64,000 nt of DNA from Leptolyngbya sp. BL-A-14 (GTDB lineage Bacteria; Cyanobacteriota; Cyanobacteriia; Leptolyngbyales; Leptolyngbyaceae): assembly GCA_041937185.1 (NCBI GenBank), contig CP166621.1, forward strand, positions 2,388,571 to 2,452,570, given 5' to 3'. Positions 1-9,547 of the stretch are shown here, one piece after another. The notes below the pieces were generated by a model. That model worked only from the letters and a program-made list of their open reading frames with translations. It did no database searches and had not been told where the DNA came from. A program made the translations under genes and the position numbers. Numbering within the stretch: the first letter of the stretch is position 1; each line of letters begins with the position of its first letter.

Positions 1-763
1 AGATGACGACTAGAGGAATCGATGCTTTGTTGTCAGCGTTTCGTTCTGGAAGGTATAGATCGACGGGAACAGTACGGGCTTGCTCGGTCAGGCGAAAGGT
101 CTGTCGCTGCCAGCGGAAGGAGCCCGGTTGTTGCAGTTTCGGTTTCTCAGCAAAGTCGATTGGGGGTTGAGCAGCGGCCTCTGCGCGTGCGATCTGCTGG
201 ACTGCCGCGATCGCCTGCTGCTGTTGCGACCTCCCTGCCGTGAATGTTTTTGTTAGCGCCAATCCAGCTTGCAGATCAAACCGCACACTGGGCGAAGGAT
301 AATGCCGCAGCACATTGACCACCGTGACGCCTTGAGGATCGGCAGCGGCTAAGAGTAAGGCAGCCCGCAATGCGTAAAAACCATTCTGTCCAGCCTCCGT
401 CTGCACGATGGTGCCGACCTGTTGTAGGAGTGCTTCCCCTACCGACGTATAGGTGACCTGGGAGAGGAGTACAGGGCTGACAGGTATCCGTTGCTGGAGC
501 AGCGATCGCAGTTGAGCAACCTGTTGTGGGTTCGCTCGTTTGGTGTAAAAAGCCAACTCGTCGTCAATTTTGCCCTGCTTGGCATAAAGCTCCAGCGAAT
601 CCACTGACAGCGAAAACTGAAGCGGTCCAAAGAAAGTAGTGATGCGGCCAGCCGCCGCTGCTGGTAAAACCGCGATCGTGGTGGAAACCAGTCCCAAACT
701 CAGCGATCGCGCCAGGCTCATCCACACCCGCCGCCCCAAAAACAAACCGAGTTGTTGCCTCAT
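1..763 (-). CDS. Hypothetical secreted protein, 3' end outside window
   Basis: Manual minus-strand translation from ATG at 763-761 gives MRQQLGLFLGRRVWMSLARSLSLGLVSTTIAVLPAAAAG (signal-peptide-like) and an open frame running past position 1. Its ATG overlaps the stop of the upstream gene (ATGA). Confidence 0.4.
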   Translation of the reverse strand, partial: MRQQLGLFLGRRVWMSLARSLSLGLVSTTIAVLPAAAAGRITTFFGPLQFSLSVDSLELYAKQGKIDDELAFYTKRANPQQVAQLRSLLQQRIPVSPVLLSQVTYTSVGEALLQQVGTIVQTEAGQNGFYALRAALLLAAADPQGVTVVNVLRHYPSPSVRFDLQAGLALTKTFTAGRSQQQQAIAAVQQIARAEAAAQPPIDFAEKPKLQQPGSFRWQRQTFRLTEQARTVPVDLYLPERNADNKASIPLVVI

Positions 764-1116
764 GCCATCGGGTCAATAATTTTAACGATCCACGAAACGA
801 TCGTCGAAACAATCGTTAAAACAACTGCCCCAATCAGCGCTGTCAGGAAGCCCGCAATGTGAAACCCTGGCGTTAGCGCGGCGACCAGCCAAAACGTAAA
901 GGCATTAATCACAAACAAAAATAGCCCCAGCGTAATAATTGTTAACGGTAGCGTGAGGATCGTCAGGATGGGCCGCACGATCGCATTCACCACACCCAAA
1001 ACCACCGCTCCAATGAGTGCAGCCGTAAACGTATCAATTTTAAAGCCCGGTACAAAGTGGGCTGTAATCACCAGCGATACGGCTGTTGCCAGCCAGGTCA
1101 AAATAAAGTGCAGCAT
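760..1116 (-). CDS. Phage holin family / DUF360-type small membrane protein
   Basis: 118 aa with three to four hydrophobic helices (VPGFKIDTF...GFHIAGF pattern typical of holin superfamily IV/DUF360). ATGA overlap with the downstream gene. Confidence 0.55.
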   Translation of the reverse strand: MLHFILTWLATAVSLVITAHFVPGFKIDTFTAALIGAVVLGVVNAIVRPILTILTLPLTIITLGLFLFVINAFTFWLVAALTPGFHIAGFLTALIGAVVLTIVSTIVSWIVKIIDPMA

Positions 1117-1585
1117 TGCTCTTAATCAGAAAATTTTGAGAAGCATGGAAAGTTTAGAGGCATGGCTAGACATTTGCCCGAAAGCATACATCAGCCTGTG
1201 TATTCACTATAGTCACCTTACTGAAGTAGCAGGATCTCAGAGATTACTCAGAGGTAAGTCAGGTCGCTGAAACACACTCTAGTATCAAGCATCTTGCACC
1301 CATCGTCTCACTGAGCGATCACCCATTATGGAAACCTCCCTCGTTAGCCCCCTCCAATTCTGCCTCAAGCAGGTGTTGCCCTTTGCCTTTAGCTTTTTAG
1401 ATGATGCGCTCTTGCTACTGCTGCCCCGCCTTGGGTTGCATGTGGATGGACTCCAATGGTTGTCACCTGTGCTCCTAAGCGGCACAGTCGCTTACTGGCT
1501 GGGGCAACTTCTCTATAACCGTTACCGCGTCTCACTCTCCGTTCGTTGAGCTAGTCATTGGTTTGGGCTGTCGCAATTCGCGGGG

Positions 1586-2509
1586 TTAGAAGCGATCTTT
1601 TAAGCGCTTCAATTTATCTAAAAGCTTATCCTCCAGCGAAACTCGCAGATTTCCTGAAGGCGTAATTTCTTCCTTGATAAAAGACGGACTTCTAAAATTA
1701 GCGCTTGGTATCAGAAAAATTAAGGATGTGTAGTGTGAAAACCCAGACCACCACGTTTGCCATGCATTGATGTGGTAATTGAATTTTGAATGCCTTAGAA
1801 GATTCATATCGATCGCCACTGGCAGGGCATTCCCATACGCGCCATGTTGCGGTACATGAGGAAACATCGTGAAGCCATAGCGATCGGCTAATTCGCATTT
1901 CAAATCATACGAGTCACTCATCACCACGATGGGGAACTTCGATACAGAAAGAATCTTTTTTTCGATTAACCGAAAAATACGCTGCTTCAAGGTGGTGTCA
2001 ACCGAAGCACCTTCTTTACCAATAAATTTGTCGCCCGCCCGAATACTTAACACCTCATAATCAGGCTGTTTGAGTTGCTCAACGCTCGATCGTGTAACAG
2101 TTTCGTTAAAGCAGTACAGCTTTTGCACAAACGCACGAGTAGCGTGGGGAAGGGAGGTTCGGCTCCAATCGCCCAAATTAGTGCAAAGGTAAAGCTCCTC
2201 TTCTTGAGAGTTTAAAAATTGATCAATTTGGGCATGCATCCCTGGATGTTCATGCGCTTCAAAGAATTCCTGAGCAGCCGCAATTTTAGACTCTTCACCA
2301 AGATGAAAAAACGATGGGTCAAACGCGATGAGATGAGAAAACTCTGTCTGGCTCACGTCAACCCTGAGTTCGCATCCAGTTCCTTCTAAGCGCTCAAACA
2401 AATGACAGGTGCCTCGAATGAAATCACCTAAACCTGGTGGATTACGATGCCACTGCTTACCTGCTTTATAGGTTTGAATAATCTTTTTCATTGCGATCGC
2501 ATCTTTCAA
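1586..2509 (-). CDS. Hypothetical protein (AT-rich), co-transcribed with a SAM methyltransferase
   Basis: 307-aa ORF at about 40% GC versus about 55% for neighbours. Its stop overlaps the ATG of the upstream methyltransferase. No family recognised. Confidence 0.45.
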   Translation of the reverse strand: MKDAIAMKKIIQTYKAGKQWHRNPPGLGDFIRGTCHLFERLEGTGCELRVDVSQTEFSHLIAFDPSFFHLGEESKIAAAQEFFEAHEHPGMHAQIDQFLNSQEEELYLCTNLGDWSRTSLPHATRAFVQKLYCFNETVTRSSVEQLKQPDYEVLSIRAGDKFIGKEGASVDTTLKQRIFRLIEKKILSVSKFPIVVMSDSYDLKCELADRYGFTMFPHVPQHGAYGNALPVAIDMNLLRHSKFNYHINAWQTWWSGFSHYTSLIFLIPSANFRSPSFIKEEITPSGNLRVSLEDKLLDKLKRLKDRF

Positions 2510-3111
2510 CGCTTTTCCAAAATGCAGAATAGCGCTTTGGGTAATGGATCTAAGGTGCCATGATAGACGCTTTCTTCAACAGAGCGAGTAACGAAGCGAC
2601 TAGCAAAAATGTCTTGAATTTCTTCGGCTGTAAAACGATAGGGACCTTCTTCACGAGTTTCCAGGCGGCTGAAGCATTTTAAGAAGAGGTAGCGCTTTGG
2701 TTTGAGCAGATTTGCCACGGTTTCGACGTACTCCTGGCGACGATCGGGCGGCAGGACGTGAAAGCAACCGCGATCGAGAATGAAATCAAACGAGCGATCG
2801 AGATGGCTGTTGAGAATATCATCCTGGCGAAAGGAAATCTCTAATCCCTGAGCCTTTGCCCTAGTGGCAGCTTGAGTCACCGCTGTGGCTGAGAGATCGG
2901 TGGCAACAACTTGAAAACCCCGTTCTGCCAGAGCGATCGCCTGCGTACCTGGACCTGTTCCCAAATCCAGAGCGGCACCTGTGTGCAAATCCAGTTTCAG
3001 CAACCCTTCTTCCAAATCTGGGTCTAAATCGGGGTTGAACCAGGGCATAGTCTCTACAGGCTTTTCCTGGTAAAGCTGTTCCCAATTTGGAAATGTGCGT
3101 GGTTCGGTCAT
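2506..3111 (-). CDS. Class I SAM-dependent methyltransferase
   Basis: Motif I LDLGTGPGTQAIALAERG followed by acidic VVATDLS (Rossmann MTase fold). Confidence 0.8.
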   Translation of the reverse strand: MTEPRTFPNWEQLYQEKPVETMPWFNPDLDPDLEEGLLKLDLHTGAALDLGTGPGTQAIALAERGFQVVATDLSATAVTQAATRAKAQGLEISFRQDDILNSHLDRSFDFILDRGCFHVLPPDRRQEYVETVANLLKPKRYLFLKCFSRLETREEGPYRFTAEEIQDIFASRFVTRSVEESVYHGTLDPLPKALFCILEKR

Positions 3112-3294
3112 GAGTTTTTCCCCTTCGGTTTTCAGCTTTTAGCCATCAGCCGTTAGCGGTTAGCTCTCAATGATTAGCTGACCACTAACGACTGATCACG
3201 CTAGACAAGAAGCCTTTCTTCATTCTGTCGAACGATCGCTTAGTTGAATGTGGCGTCGCACGGTGGCGTTGGACTAGACAGTGCCGTTAGTCTA

Positions 3295-4056
3295 TCAAAT
3301 GATCGTCTTGCCGCCATCTACCACTACAGACGCACCGTGCATCAGCGCAGGGGCATCAGTGGCAAGAAACAGCGCGACTTGGGCAATTTCAGCCGGAGCC
3401 CCCAAACGACCGATCGGCATGGTGGCAATCCCGTCTACTTTTGCCTGAGCGGGATCAGCCGCTTGATCAAATTCACCCAGTAGCATGGGCGTTTCAATGG
3501 GGCCAGGACACAACGCATTGATGCGAATATTGTCTTTGGCACACTCCAGCGCCAGCGATCGAGTGAACGACAAGACAGCGCCTTTGCTGGCGCAGTAGGC
3601 GGTATACAGCGGTTGAGCCACGATCGCCAACTCTGATGCCGTATTAATCACAACGCCGCCCCCCTGTTGCTGCATTTTGGGGATTGCCTGCTGACAGAGG
3701 TAGAACACCGATTTGAAATTGACTGCCATCACGCGCTCCAGCACGTCTGCATCTGTGCTGACAAACGGCTCGACGATCGCAATCCCCGCATTGTTGTACA
3801 GAATATCAATCCGCCCGTAGGTATCACAGCACGCTTCTACAGCCTGTATGCAAGCCACTTCTGTAGACAGATCGGCAGCTAAAAAGTGAAACTGACCGCT
3901 TGCTTGCAAAGTTGTTGCCAGTGCGTGCCCGGCTGTCTCATTGCGATCGACCCCAAACACGTGTGCGCCTTGTGCGGTGAACAACTCTGCTGCCGCTCGC
4001 CCAAGGCCAGACGCGATGCCTGTAATTAATGCCACTTTGCCACTCAACCGCCCCAT
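3295..4056 (-). CDS. SDR family oxidoreductase (3-oxoacyl-ACP reductase-like)
   Basis: KVALITGIASGLG glycine-rich NAD(P) motif, NNAG, and YxxxK catalytic YCASK. The ORF extends to 4098; the M at 4056 gives the usual short N-terminus. Confidence 0.8.
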   Translation of the reverse strand: MGRLSGKVALITGIASGLGRAAAELFTAQGAHVFGVDRNETAGHALATTLQASGQFHFLAADLSTEVACIQAVEACCDTYGRIDILYNNAGIAIVEPFVSTDADVLERVMAVNFKSVFYLCQQAIPKMQQQGGGVVINTASELAIVAQPLYTAYCASKGAVLSFTRSLALECAKDNIRINALCPGPIETPMLLGEFDQAADPAQAKVDGIATMPIGRLGAPAEIAQVALFLATDAPALMHGASVVVDGGKTII

Positions 4057-4292
4057 CGATCGCTCCACCACAGATTCTTCCTCTTGAGATAATGCCAAAC
4101 ATCCTACGCTGGGCCTGAGCGATCGTTACAGGATTCACCTCACATTGACCAATCCAAAGCCCACAGAGAACAGAATCTTCTCAGCAGCAGTGGGCTATGC
4201 GTTGTACTCTAAATCAGTTACGTAGTTGTTACAACAATTAACTGTTGCAACGATCAGCCATTTTCATTAAGTTCAGAGGGGTGACAAGACTG

Positions 4293-5345
4293 ATGCATTT
4301 TTCTAAAGCGCACCATTGGACGCGCCGCCAAGCCCTGTGGTTAATGACAGGAGCGATCGCCGGAACGGGACTTCACGCTTGCGCCAAACCGGCTGCCACA
4401 CCATCGGCTGGCTCGTCTTCAAGTGCTGCTGGTAGTGCCATGTCGATCAATCTGGGCATTGCTCCCTGGATCGGCTTCACCCCACTCCACATTGCGATCG
4501 AGAAAGGGTTTTACAAGGCGTTGGGGCTTGATCTCAAGGTAAAAGTGTTTGACACCAATGCACAAACCTTTCCAGCCTTCACAGCCGGACAGGTGGATGG
4601 CTTTGCGCCAGTGACGTCCGAAGCGATCACGCTTGCAGCAAAGGGCGTTGATCTCAAGATTGTCATGGTTGAAGACAATTCACTGGGTGCAGATGTGGTG
4701 ATGGCGCGCAACAGCATTAAGAGCATTAAAGACTTCAAAGGCAAGCGCATTGCGGTCGAAATCGGCGGCATCGGACACTTCTTTGTACTGCAAATTTTAG
4801 CGGAAGCGGGGTTAACCGGACAGGATGTCACACTGGTGAATACGCCACCCGATGCCGCTGCGATCGGCTACCAAACCGGCAAGATTGATATTGCCTACTC
4901 CTACTCACCCTTTAGCGAAAAAGCAATCGCCGCTCAAACCGATGGACGGGTAATCTATAGCTCCAAGCAAATGCCCACCGCCATCGTAGATGTATATCTC
5001 TTCAGCACAAAATTCGTGCAATCAAACCCCAAAGCGATCGCAGCTTTTGTTGAGGGCACCTTTAAGGGGGCTGAATTCCTCAAAACCAACCGCCAGGAAG
5101 GGGTCGCAATTGGCGCAAAGCAACTCAAAGTTACTCCAGCCGAACTCGATCAGCAACTCAAAGGGATTCGGACACCCGACTTGTCCATCAACAAAGCAAT
5201 GCTGGGCGATACCAGCAGTAAAGAATACCTGTTACCGTCAATGACGAAGTTAGCAGATTTCTTGAAAGCTCAGGGACAGATTCAAACAATTCCTGACCTG
5301 AAAGCAATGCTGGATCCCCAGTTTGTTAACGCGATGAAGGCGTAG
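4293..5345 (+). CDS. ABC-transporter substrate-binding protein, NMT1/SsuA/TauA family, Tat signal
   Basis: HWTRRQALWLMTGAIAGTGLHACA twin-arginine/lipobox-like leader. Periplasmic-binding fold motifs. Paralogue of 6574..7635. Confidence 0.75.
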   Translation: MHFSKAHHWTRRQALWLMTGAIAGTGLHACAKPAATPSAGSSSSAAGSAMSINLGIAPWIGFTPLHIAIEKGFYKALGLDLKVKVFDTNAQTFPAFTAGQVDGFAPVTSEAITLAAKGVDLKIVMVEDNSLGADVVMARNSIKSIKDFKGKRIAVEIGGIGHFFVLQILAEAGLTGQDVTLVNTPPDAAAIGYQTGKIDIAYSYSPFSEKAIAAQTDGRVIYSSKQMPTAIVDVYLFSTKFVQSNPKAIAAFVEGTFKGAEFLKTNRQEGVAIGAKQLKVTPAELDQQLKGIRTPDLSINKAMLGDTSSKEYLLPSMTKLADFLKAQGQIQTIPDLKAMLDPQFVNAMKA

Positions 5346-5495
5346 TAGGGGGGTGGGGATGGGGGATGAAGAATGAAGGCTAAAGGCTAAAGGCTAAAGG
5401 CTAAATTTAACTCCTGACTTCTGACTCCTGACTTCTGTCCCCTATCCTAATCCCCAACCCCTAACCCCTGATCCCTCACCCCTCACTCCCCACCC
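5346..5495. repeat. STRR-like degenerate heptamer tandem arrays (GGCTAAA, CTGACTC, CCCCTAA units)
   Basis: Direct reading: ggctaaaggctaaaggctaaagg; ctcctgacttctgactcctgacttctg; cccctaacccctgatccctcacccctcactcccc. Confidence 0.8.
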
Positions 5496-5545
5496 ATATT
5501 CACCACAGATTCATAAGAGCCACGATCGTTGAAAAGGAGAAACTG

Positions 5546-6334
5546 TTGAGCACACATTCCGTGTTGATGAGTTCGTTGAGTTGGGTCGCTTACCAGGAGC
5601 GTTTGCGGGAAGACGGCTTGGTGCTGCTGCTGCCCTGTGGTGCGTTAGAGCAGCATGGACCGCATTTACCATTGGGGACGGATGCCTTGCTGAGTGCGGC
5701 GATCGCCCAAGCGGTTGCCGAAAAAGTCAATGGGTTGGTGGCACCCACGCTTAGCTATGGCTATAAATCGCAACCCAAGTCAGGTGGTGGGCAGCACTTT
5801 CCAGGTACAACTAGCCTGGATGGGCAAAGCTTGAGCCAGATTACCCGCGATGTCATTCGTGAGTTTGCCCGTCATGGGGTCAAAAATCTGGTCATTGTCG
5901 ATGGCCATTACGAGAATCAGTGGTTCCTGACCGAAGGCATCGATCTCGCTCTGCGTGAGTTGGGCACTGACAATCCACTTCGAATTATGCGCTTGGAATA
6001 TTGGGACTTTTGCACCGAAGATACGTTAAGCCATATCTTTCCTGATGGCTTTCCAGGGTTTGCACTGGAACATGCGGCTGTCATCGAAACGTCACTCATG
6101 CTGCACTTCTACCCCGATCTAGTGGCGCTTGATCAGCTACCCAACGACACAGCAGCCAGCTTTCCACCCTACGACATGTATCCGCCCCGCGTTGAATGGG
6201 TTCCCGCATCAGGCGTCCTCTCGTCCGCTAAAGGAGCCAGCGCTGCAAAGGGTGTCTTGATGGCAGAGCAGATCGCCAATAGCATTGCGGCGGCGATCCA
6301 GCATGAATTTAGTCAGCCGGGAACGGGGCGATAG
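5546..6334 (+). CDS. Creatininase-family amidohydrolase
   Basis: LLLPCGALEQHGPHLPLGTDA metal-binding signature of the creatininase/MftE family; about 260 aa. Confidence 0.75.
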   Translation: MSTHSVLMSSLSWVAYQERLREDGLVLLLPCGALEQHGPHLPLGTDALLSAAIAQAVAEKVNGLVAPTLSYGYKSQPKSGGGQHFPGTTSLDGQSLSQITRDVIREFARHGVKNLVIVDGHYENQWFLTEGIDLALRELGTDNPLRIMRLEYWDFCTEDTLSHIFPDGFPGFALEHAAVIETSLMLHFYPDLVALDQLPNDTAASFPPYDMYPPRVEWVPASGVLSSAKGASAAKGVLMAEQIANSIAAAIQHEFSQPGTGR

Positions 6335-6407
6335 AGGCAGAAGGCAGAGGGTAGAGGGCAGAAGGCAGAAGGCAGAAGGCAGAGGGCAGAGGGCAAAGGG
6401 CAGAAGG
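6334..6407. repeat. Heptamer tandem array (GGCAGAA/GGCAGAG, about 10 units)
   Basis: ggcagaaggcagagggtagagggcagaaggcagaaggcagaaggcagagggcagagggcaaagggcagaagg. Confidence 0.85.
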
Positions 6408-6573
6408 TGTGAGTGGACTGGTGCAAAGTGTTTGCTGCCCATGACCCGCTTCGTGTTCTTTATTTACTGCTTTCTGTAGAATATTTTCTCCTTTATGCTG
6501 TATTGGTTGTTACATTCTTAAACTATTGCTGAATGTAACAATTTGGCGTTAGCTCATAAGGACTGCAGGACTG

Positions 6574-7635
6574 ATGAACTTCTCTAAGTCACCCCGTTGG
6601 ACTCGTCGGCAAGCGTTATGGATGATGACTGGCGCGATCGCCGGTGCCAGTGTGCATGCGTGTGCAAAACCGCCTGAAGCACCTTCTGCGCAGTCGTCTT
6701 CGTCTCCAGCAGCTTCGACTGGGTCTGGAGCAAGCACCGCATCAATCGGCATCACTACCTGGATTGGCAACACGCCCCTATACATCGCTCAGGAAAAGGG
6801 TTTCTTTAAAGACCTGGGGCTAACGTTATCGATTAAGGTATTTGATACGGTTGCCCAGGCGTTTCCTGCTTTTACATCAGGGCAGCTTGATGGGTTAGCA
6901 CCCGTGACATCTGAAGCGGTCACGCTGGCATCCAAAGGGGTCGATTTCAAAATTGTGACAGTGGAAGACACGTCTCTTGGAGCAGATGTCATCCTGGCGC
7001 GCAACAATATTAAGAGCATTAAGGACTTCAAAGGCAAAAAGATTGCGGTCGAACTGGGTGGCATTGGTCATTTCTTCGTGCTGCAAATTTTGGCAGAAGC
7101 GGGGTTGACTGGGAAGGATGTCACGCTAGTCAATACGCCTCCCGATGCAGCAGCAGCGGCGTTTCAGGCAGGCAAAGCCGAAATTGCCTACTCTTATTCG
7201 CCCTTTAGCGACCAGGCGATCGCGGCACAAAAAGATGGACGCGTTATCTATAGCTCCAAGCAAATGCCGACGGCGATCGCGGATCTTTACATCTTCAACA
7301 CAAAATTTGTGCAAGCGAATCCTAAAGCCATTACAGCGTTTGTCGAAGGCAACCTCAAGGGTGTGGAGTTTCTGAAGACCAACCGTAAAGAAGGCCTGGA
7401 AATTGGTGCTGCCAAACTCAAAATTAAGCCTGAAGAACTGGATCAGCAGCTTAAAGGCATTCGCATTCCCGATAAGGCTACAAACGTGGCAATGTTAGGT
7501 GATCCCAACAGTGATCAATATCTATTGAAGCCAATGACAAAACTGGCAGCCTTTTTGAAAGATCAGGGCCAAATTCAAACTGCACCTGATCTCACGAAAG
7601 TGCTTGAACCACAGTACGTCACGGCAATGAAGTAG
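6574..7635 (+). CDS. ABC-transporter substrate-binding protein, NMT1/SsuA/TauA family, Tat signal (paralogue)
   Basis: About 75% identical to 4293..5345 along its whole length (SPRWTRRQALWMMTGAIAGASVHACA leader). Confidence 0.75.
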   Translation: MNFSKSPRWTRRQALWMMTGAIAGASVHACAKPPEAPSAQSSSSPAASTGSGASTASIGITTWIGNTPLYIAQEKGFFKDLGLTLSIKVFDTVAQAFPAFTSGQLDGLAPVTSEAVTLASKGVDFKIVTVEDTSLGADVILARNNIKSIKDFKGKKIAVELGGIGHFFVLQILAEAGLTGKDVTLVNTPPDAAAAAFQAGKAEIAYSYSPFSDQAIAAQKDGRVIYSSKQMPTAIADLYIFNTKFVQANPKAITAFVEGNLKGVEFLKTNRKEGLEIGAAKLKIKPEELDQQLKGIRIPDKATNVAMLGDPNSDQYLLKPMTKLAAFLKDQGQIQTAPDLTKVLEPQYVTAMK

Positions 7636-7894
7636 CGTTGTGACGCTCGACATTGGTCAAAAGTGCAATCTCAGGTGGCTAACTTTAGGGCCATTTCCAG
7701 AAAAATTTATACCCAAAAAATGTAGGGGTTGGGCATGCGGCCAAAAGCTTTTGCAATCGGTTCAGAGATCATCTGCCGAGTGCTAAATCCGTACAGGGGT
7801 AATATCCTTCTCAGAAATCTCCTAAGCATTCACCGACTTTAGCGGCTGCATCTCACCTCTTTCCCAATGTCCTGCTGTGTATCGAGCGCAGCTA

Positions 7895-7966
7895 CTGTCT
7901 ACAGAAACCAGAAGCCAACGGAAATGAGTCTGACTGGCTTCTGATTGCTGTAGACAGGCTTTTTTC
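7895..7966 (+). terminator. Long perfect hairpin plus T-tract, an intrinsic terminator on the + strand
   Basis: ctgtctacag(7895-7904)...agaagcca/tggcttct...ctgtagacag(7947-7956) followed by cttttttcg (7960-7966). Confidence 0.6.
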
Positions 7967-7972
7967 GCGGGG

Positions 7973-9547
7973 TTACTTACCGGCGGTAACCGCCACTTTC
8001 TCGGTTAACTCTTCGGGTCGATAATCAGCCAATTTGGTGTAAATTTCATCGCGTACGATTTCTCGGTAATCGATAAAGTGTTCTAGCAGCGCACAGTTTG
8101 TGAGGTAGTGCTTGAATACACCAGGATTTTTTTGAAGAATCGCAAAGAACTGCTGCCAAAACTGCCAGCGAGTGTTGCGCTGAATGCCCTGCCGCCAGCA
8201 GATTGTGAGCATGGCGCGTAGATCAACCAGCCCTGGCAACTTAAATTTCTTTTTGTTGGGACTGGGCTGCATGCTCAAGAAGTGACGGTAGACTCGCGCC
8301 AGGTAGCGATCGGGTTCATACAGTTCCCAGAAGCAACGCACATATTCCTGGGCAATTTCCTCCAGTGGGCGCGTGGGCACAAAATTGGTGAGCGTGGTCT
8401 GGTGAATGTTGGCTTCGCCATCATCGGCTCGTAGCCGCCCTTCTTTTTCCAGCCGATGCCATAGTGCTGTGTTGGGCAAGGCCTGCAACATACTGAAAAG
8501 TGCTTGCGGAATGGCCGTCGCTTCCACAAAATCGATGATGCGATCGCCTGCACCCGGTTTCTCGCCGTCAAACCCAATGATGAAGCCAGCCATGACCCGC
8601 AATCCGGTGCGATTAATCGTCTGCACAGCATCGACAAGCGAATTACGAGTATTCTGAAACTTTTGCGTCAGCGACAAGCTATCGGTATCGGGCGTTTCAA
8701 TACCCAGAAAGACAGCGGTAAAGTTCGCTGCAATCATGAGATCTAGCAATTCCTGGTCTTGGGCCAGATCGACCGACGCTTCCGTAGATAGGCTAAAGGG
8801 ATAGCCGTGTTCCTTCATCCAGGGAGCCAGTTCTTTCAGCATCAGCTTCACGTTGCGCTTGTTGCCGATGAAGTTGTCATCCACAACAAAGATCGTACGC
8901 CGCCAGCCCAGGTCATACAACGCCTGTAGCTCTGCCAGCAGTTGAGCGGGTGTTTTGGTGCGGGGTTTGCGTCCGTACAGCACAATGATGTCGCAAAATT
9001 CGCACTGGAATGGGCAGCCTCTCGAAAACTGCACCGACATATCGCCGTAGGCATCCAGTTCCAGTAGGTCGAATCGGGGCACCGGGGTATCGGTAACAGC
9101 AGGCTTTTCACCATTGGCACGAAACACGCCAGACGTTTCACCCCGCTCCAATGCTTCTACCAGCATGGGTAAGGTAATTTCACCCTCATCCAAGACAAGA
9201 AAATCGGCTCCTGCTGCCTGAGCGGCTTCTGGGACAGAGGTAACATAAGGCCCACCGACCGCTACTGGTTTTCTCCGTCGCTTGGCTGACTCGATGAGAT
9301 ACAGCATGTCAGGCTTCTGCACAATCATGCCGGAGATGATCACCAGATCGGCCCAGTACCAGTCGGCTTCACTCTCGTACCGCACGTTGCGATCGACTAG
9401 ACGAAATTCCCAGGTTTGAGGCAAGAGGGCGGCAACAGTCGTCAAACTCAAGGGCGGCAGTGAGACTTTGCGTCCAACCAACTCAAGGGCTTTATCAAAC
9501 GACCAGAACGACTTCGGAAACAGAGGATACAGGAGTAAAACGCGCAT
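7973..9547 (-). CDS. B12-binding domain radical SAM protein (class B, DUF4070-type)
   Basis: N-terminal cobalamin-binding Rossmann region, CPFQCEFCD CxxxCxxC radical SAM motif, 524 aa. Confidence 0.8.
   Translation of the reverse strand: MRVLLLYPLFPKSFWSFDKALELVGRKVSLPPLSLTTVAALLPQTWEFRLVDRNVRYESEADWYWADLVIISGMIVQKPDMLYLIESAKRRRKPVAVGGPYVTSVPEAAQAAGADFLVLDEGEITLPMLVEALERGETSGVFRANGEKPAVTDTPVPRFDLLELDAYGDMSVQFSRGCPFQCEFCDIIVLYGRKPRTKTPAQLLAELQALYDLGWRRTIFVVDDNFIGNKRNVKLMLKELAPWMKEHGYPFSLSTEASVDLAQDQELLDLMIAANFTAVFLGIETPDTDSLSLTQKFQNTRNSLVDAVQTINRTGLRVMAGFIIGFDGEKPGAGDRIIDFVEATAIPQALFSMLQALPNTALWHRLEKEGRLRADDGEANIHQTTLTNFVPTRPLEEIAQEYVRCFWELYEPDRYLARVYRHFLSMQPSPNKKKFKLPGLVDLRAMLTICWRQGIQRNTRWQFWQQFFAILQKNPGVFKHYLTNCALLEHFIDYREIVRDEIYTKLADYRPEELTEKVAVTAGK

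Noticed and set aside
1328-1549. 73-aa hydrophobic ORF between the holin-like gene and the AT-rich operon
   Set aside because: Plausible as a small membrane protein, but a competing minus-strand ORF overlaps it and there is no conservation evidence.
5346-6407. Possible CRISPR array suggested by regular short repeats
   Set aside because: The units are 7 nt and degenerate, with no 25-40-nt direct repeats separated by unique spacers and no cas genes. They are STRR-like heptamer arrays.
6285-6479. 64-aa ORF rich in RGQR/AEGR repeats
   Set aside because: It is a translation of the GGCAGAA heptamer array, so it is a repeat artefact and not a gene.
8275-8746. Several 80-120-aa ORFs on both strands inside the radical SAM gene
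   Set aside because: They overlap a well-supported 524-aa CDS, show no motifs and have odd composition, so they are spurious.
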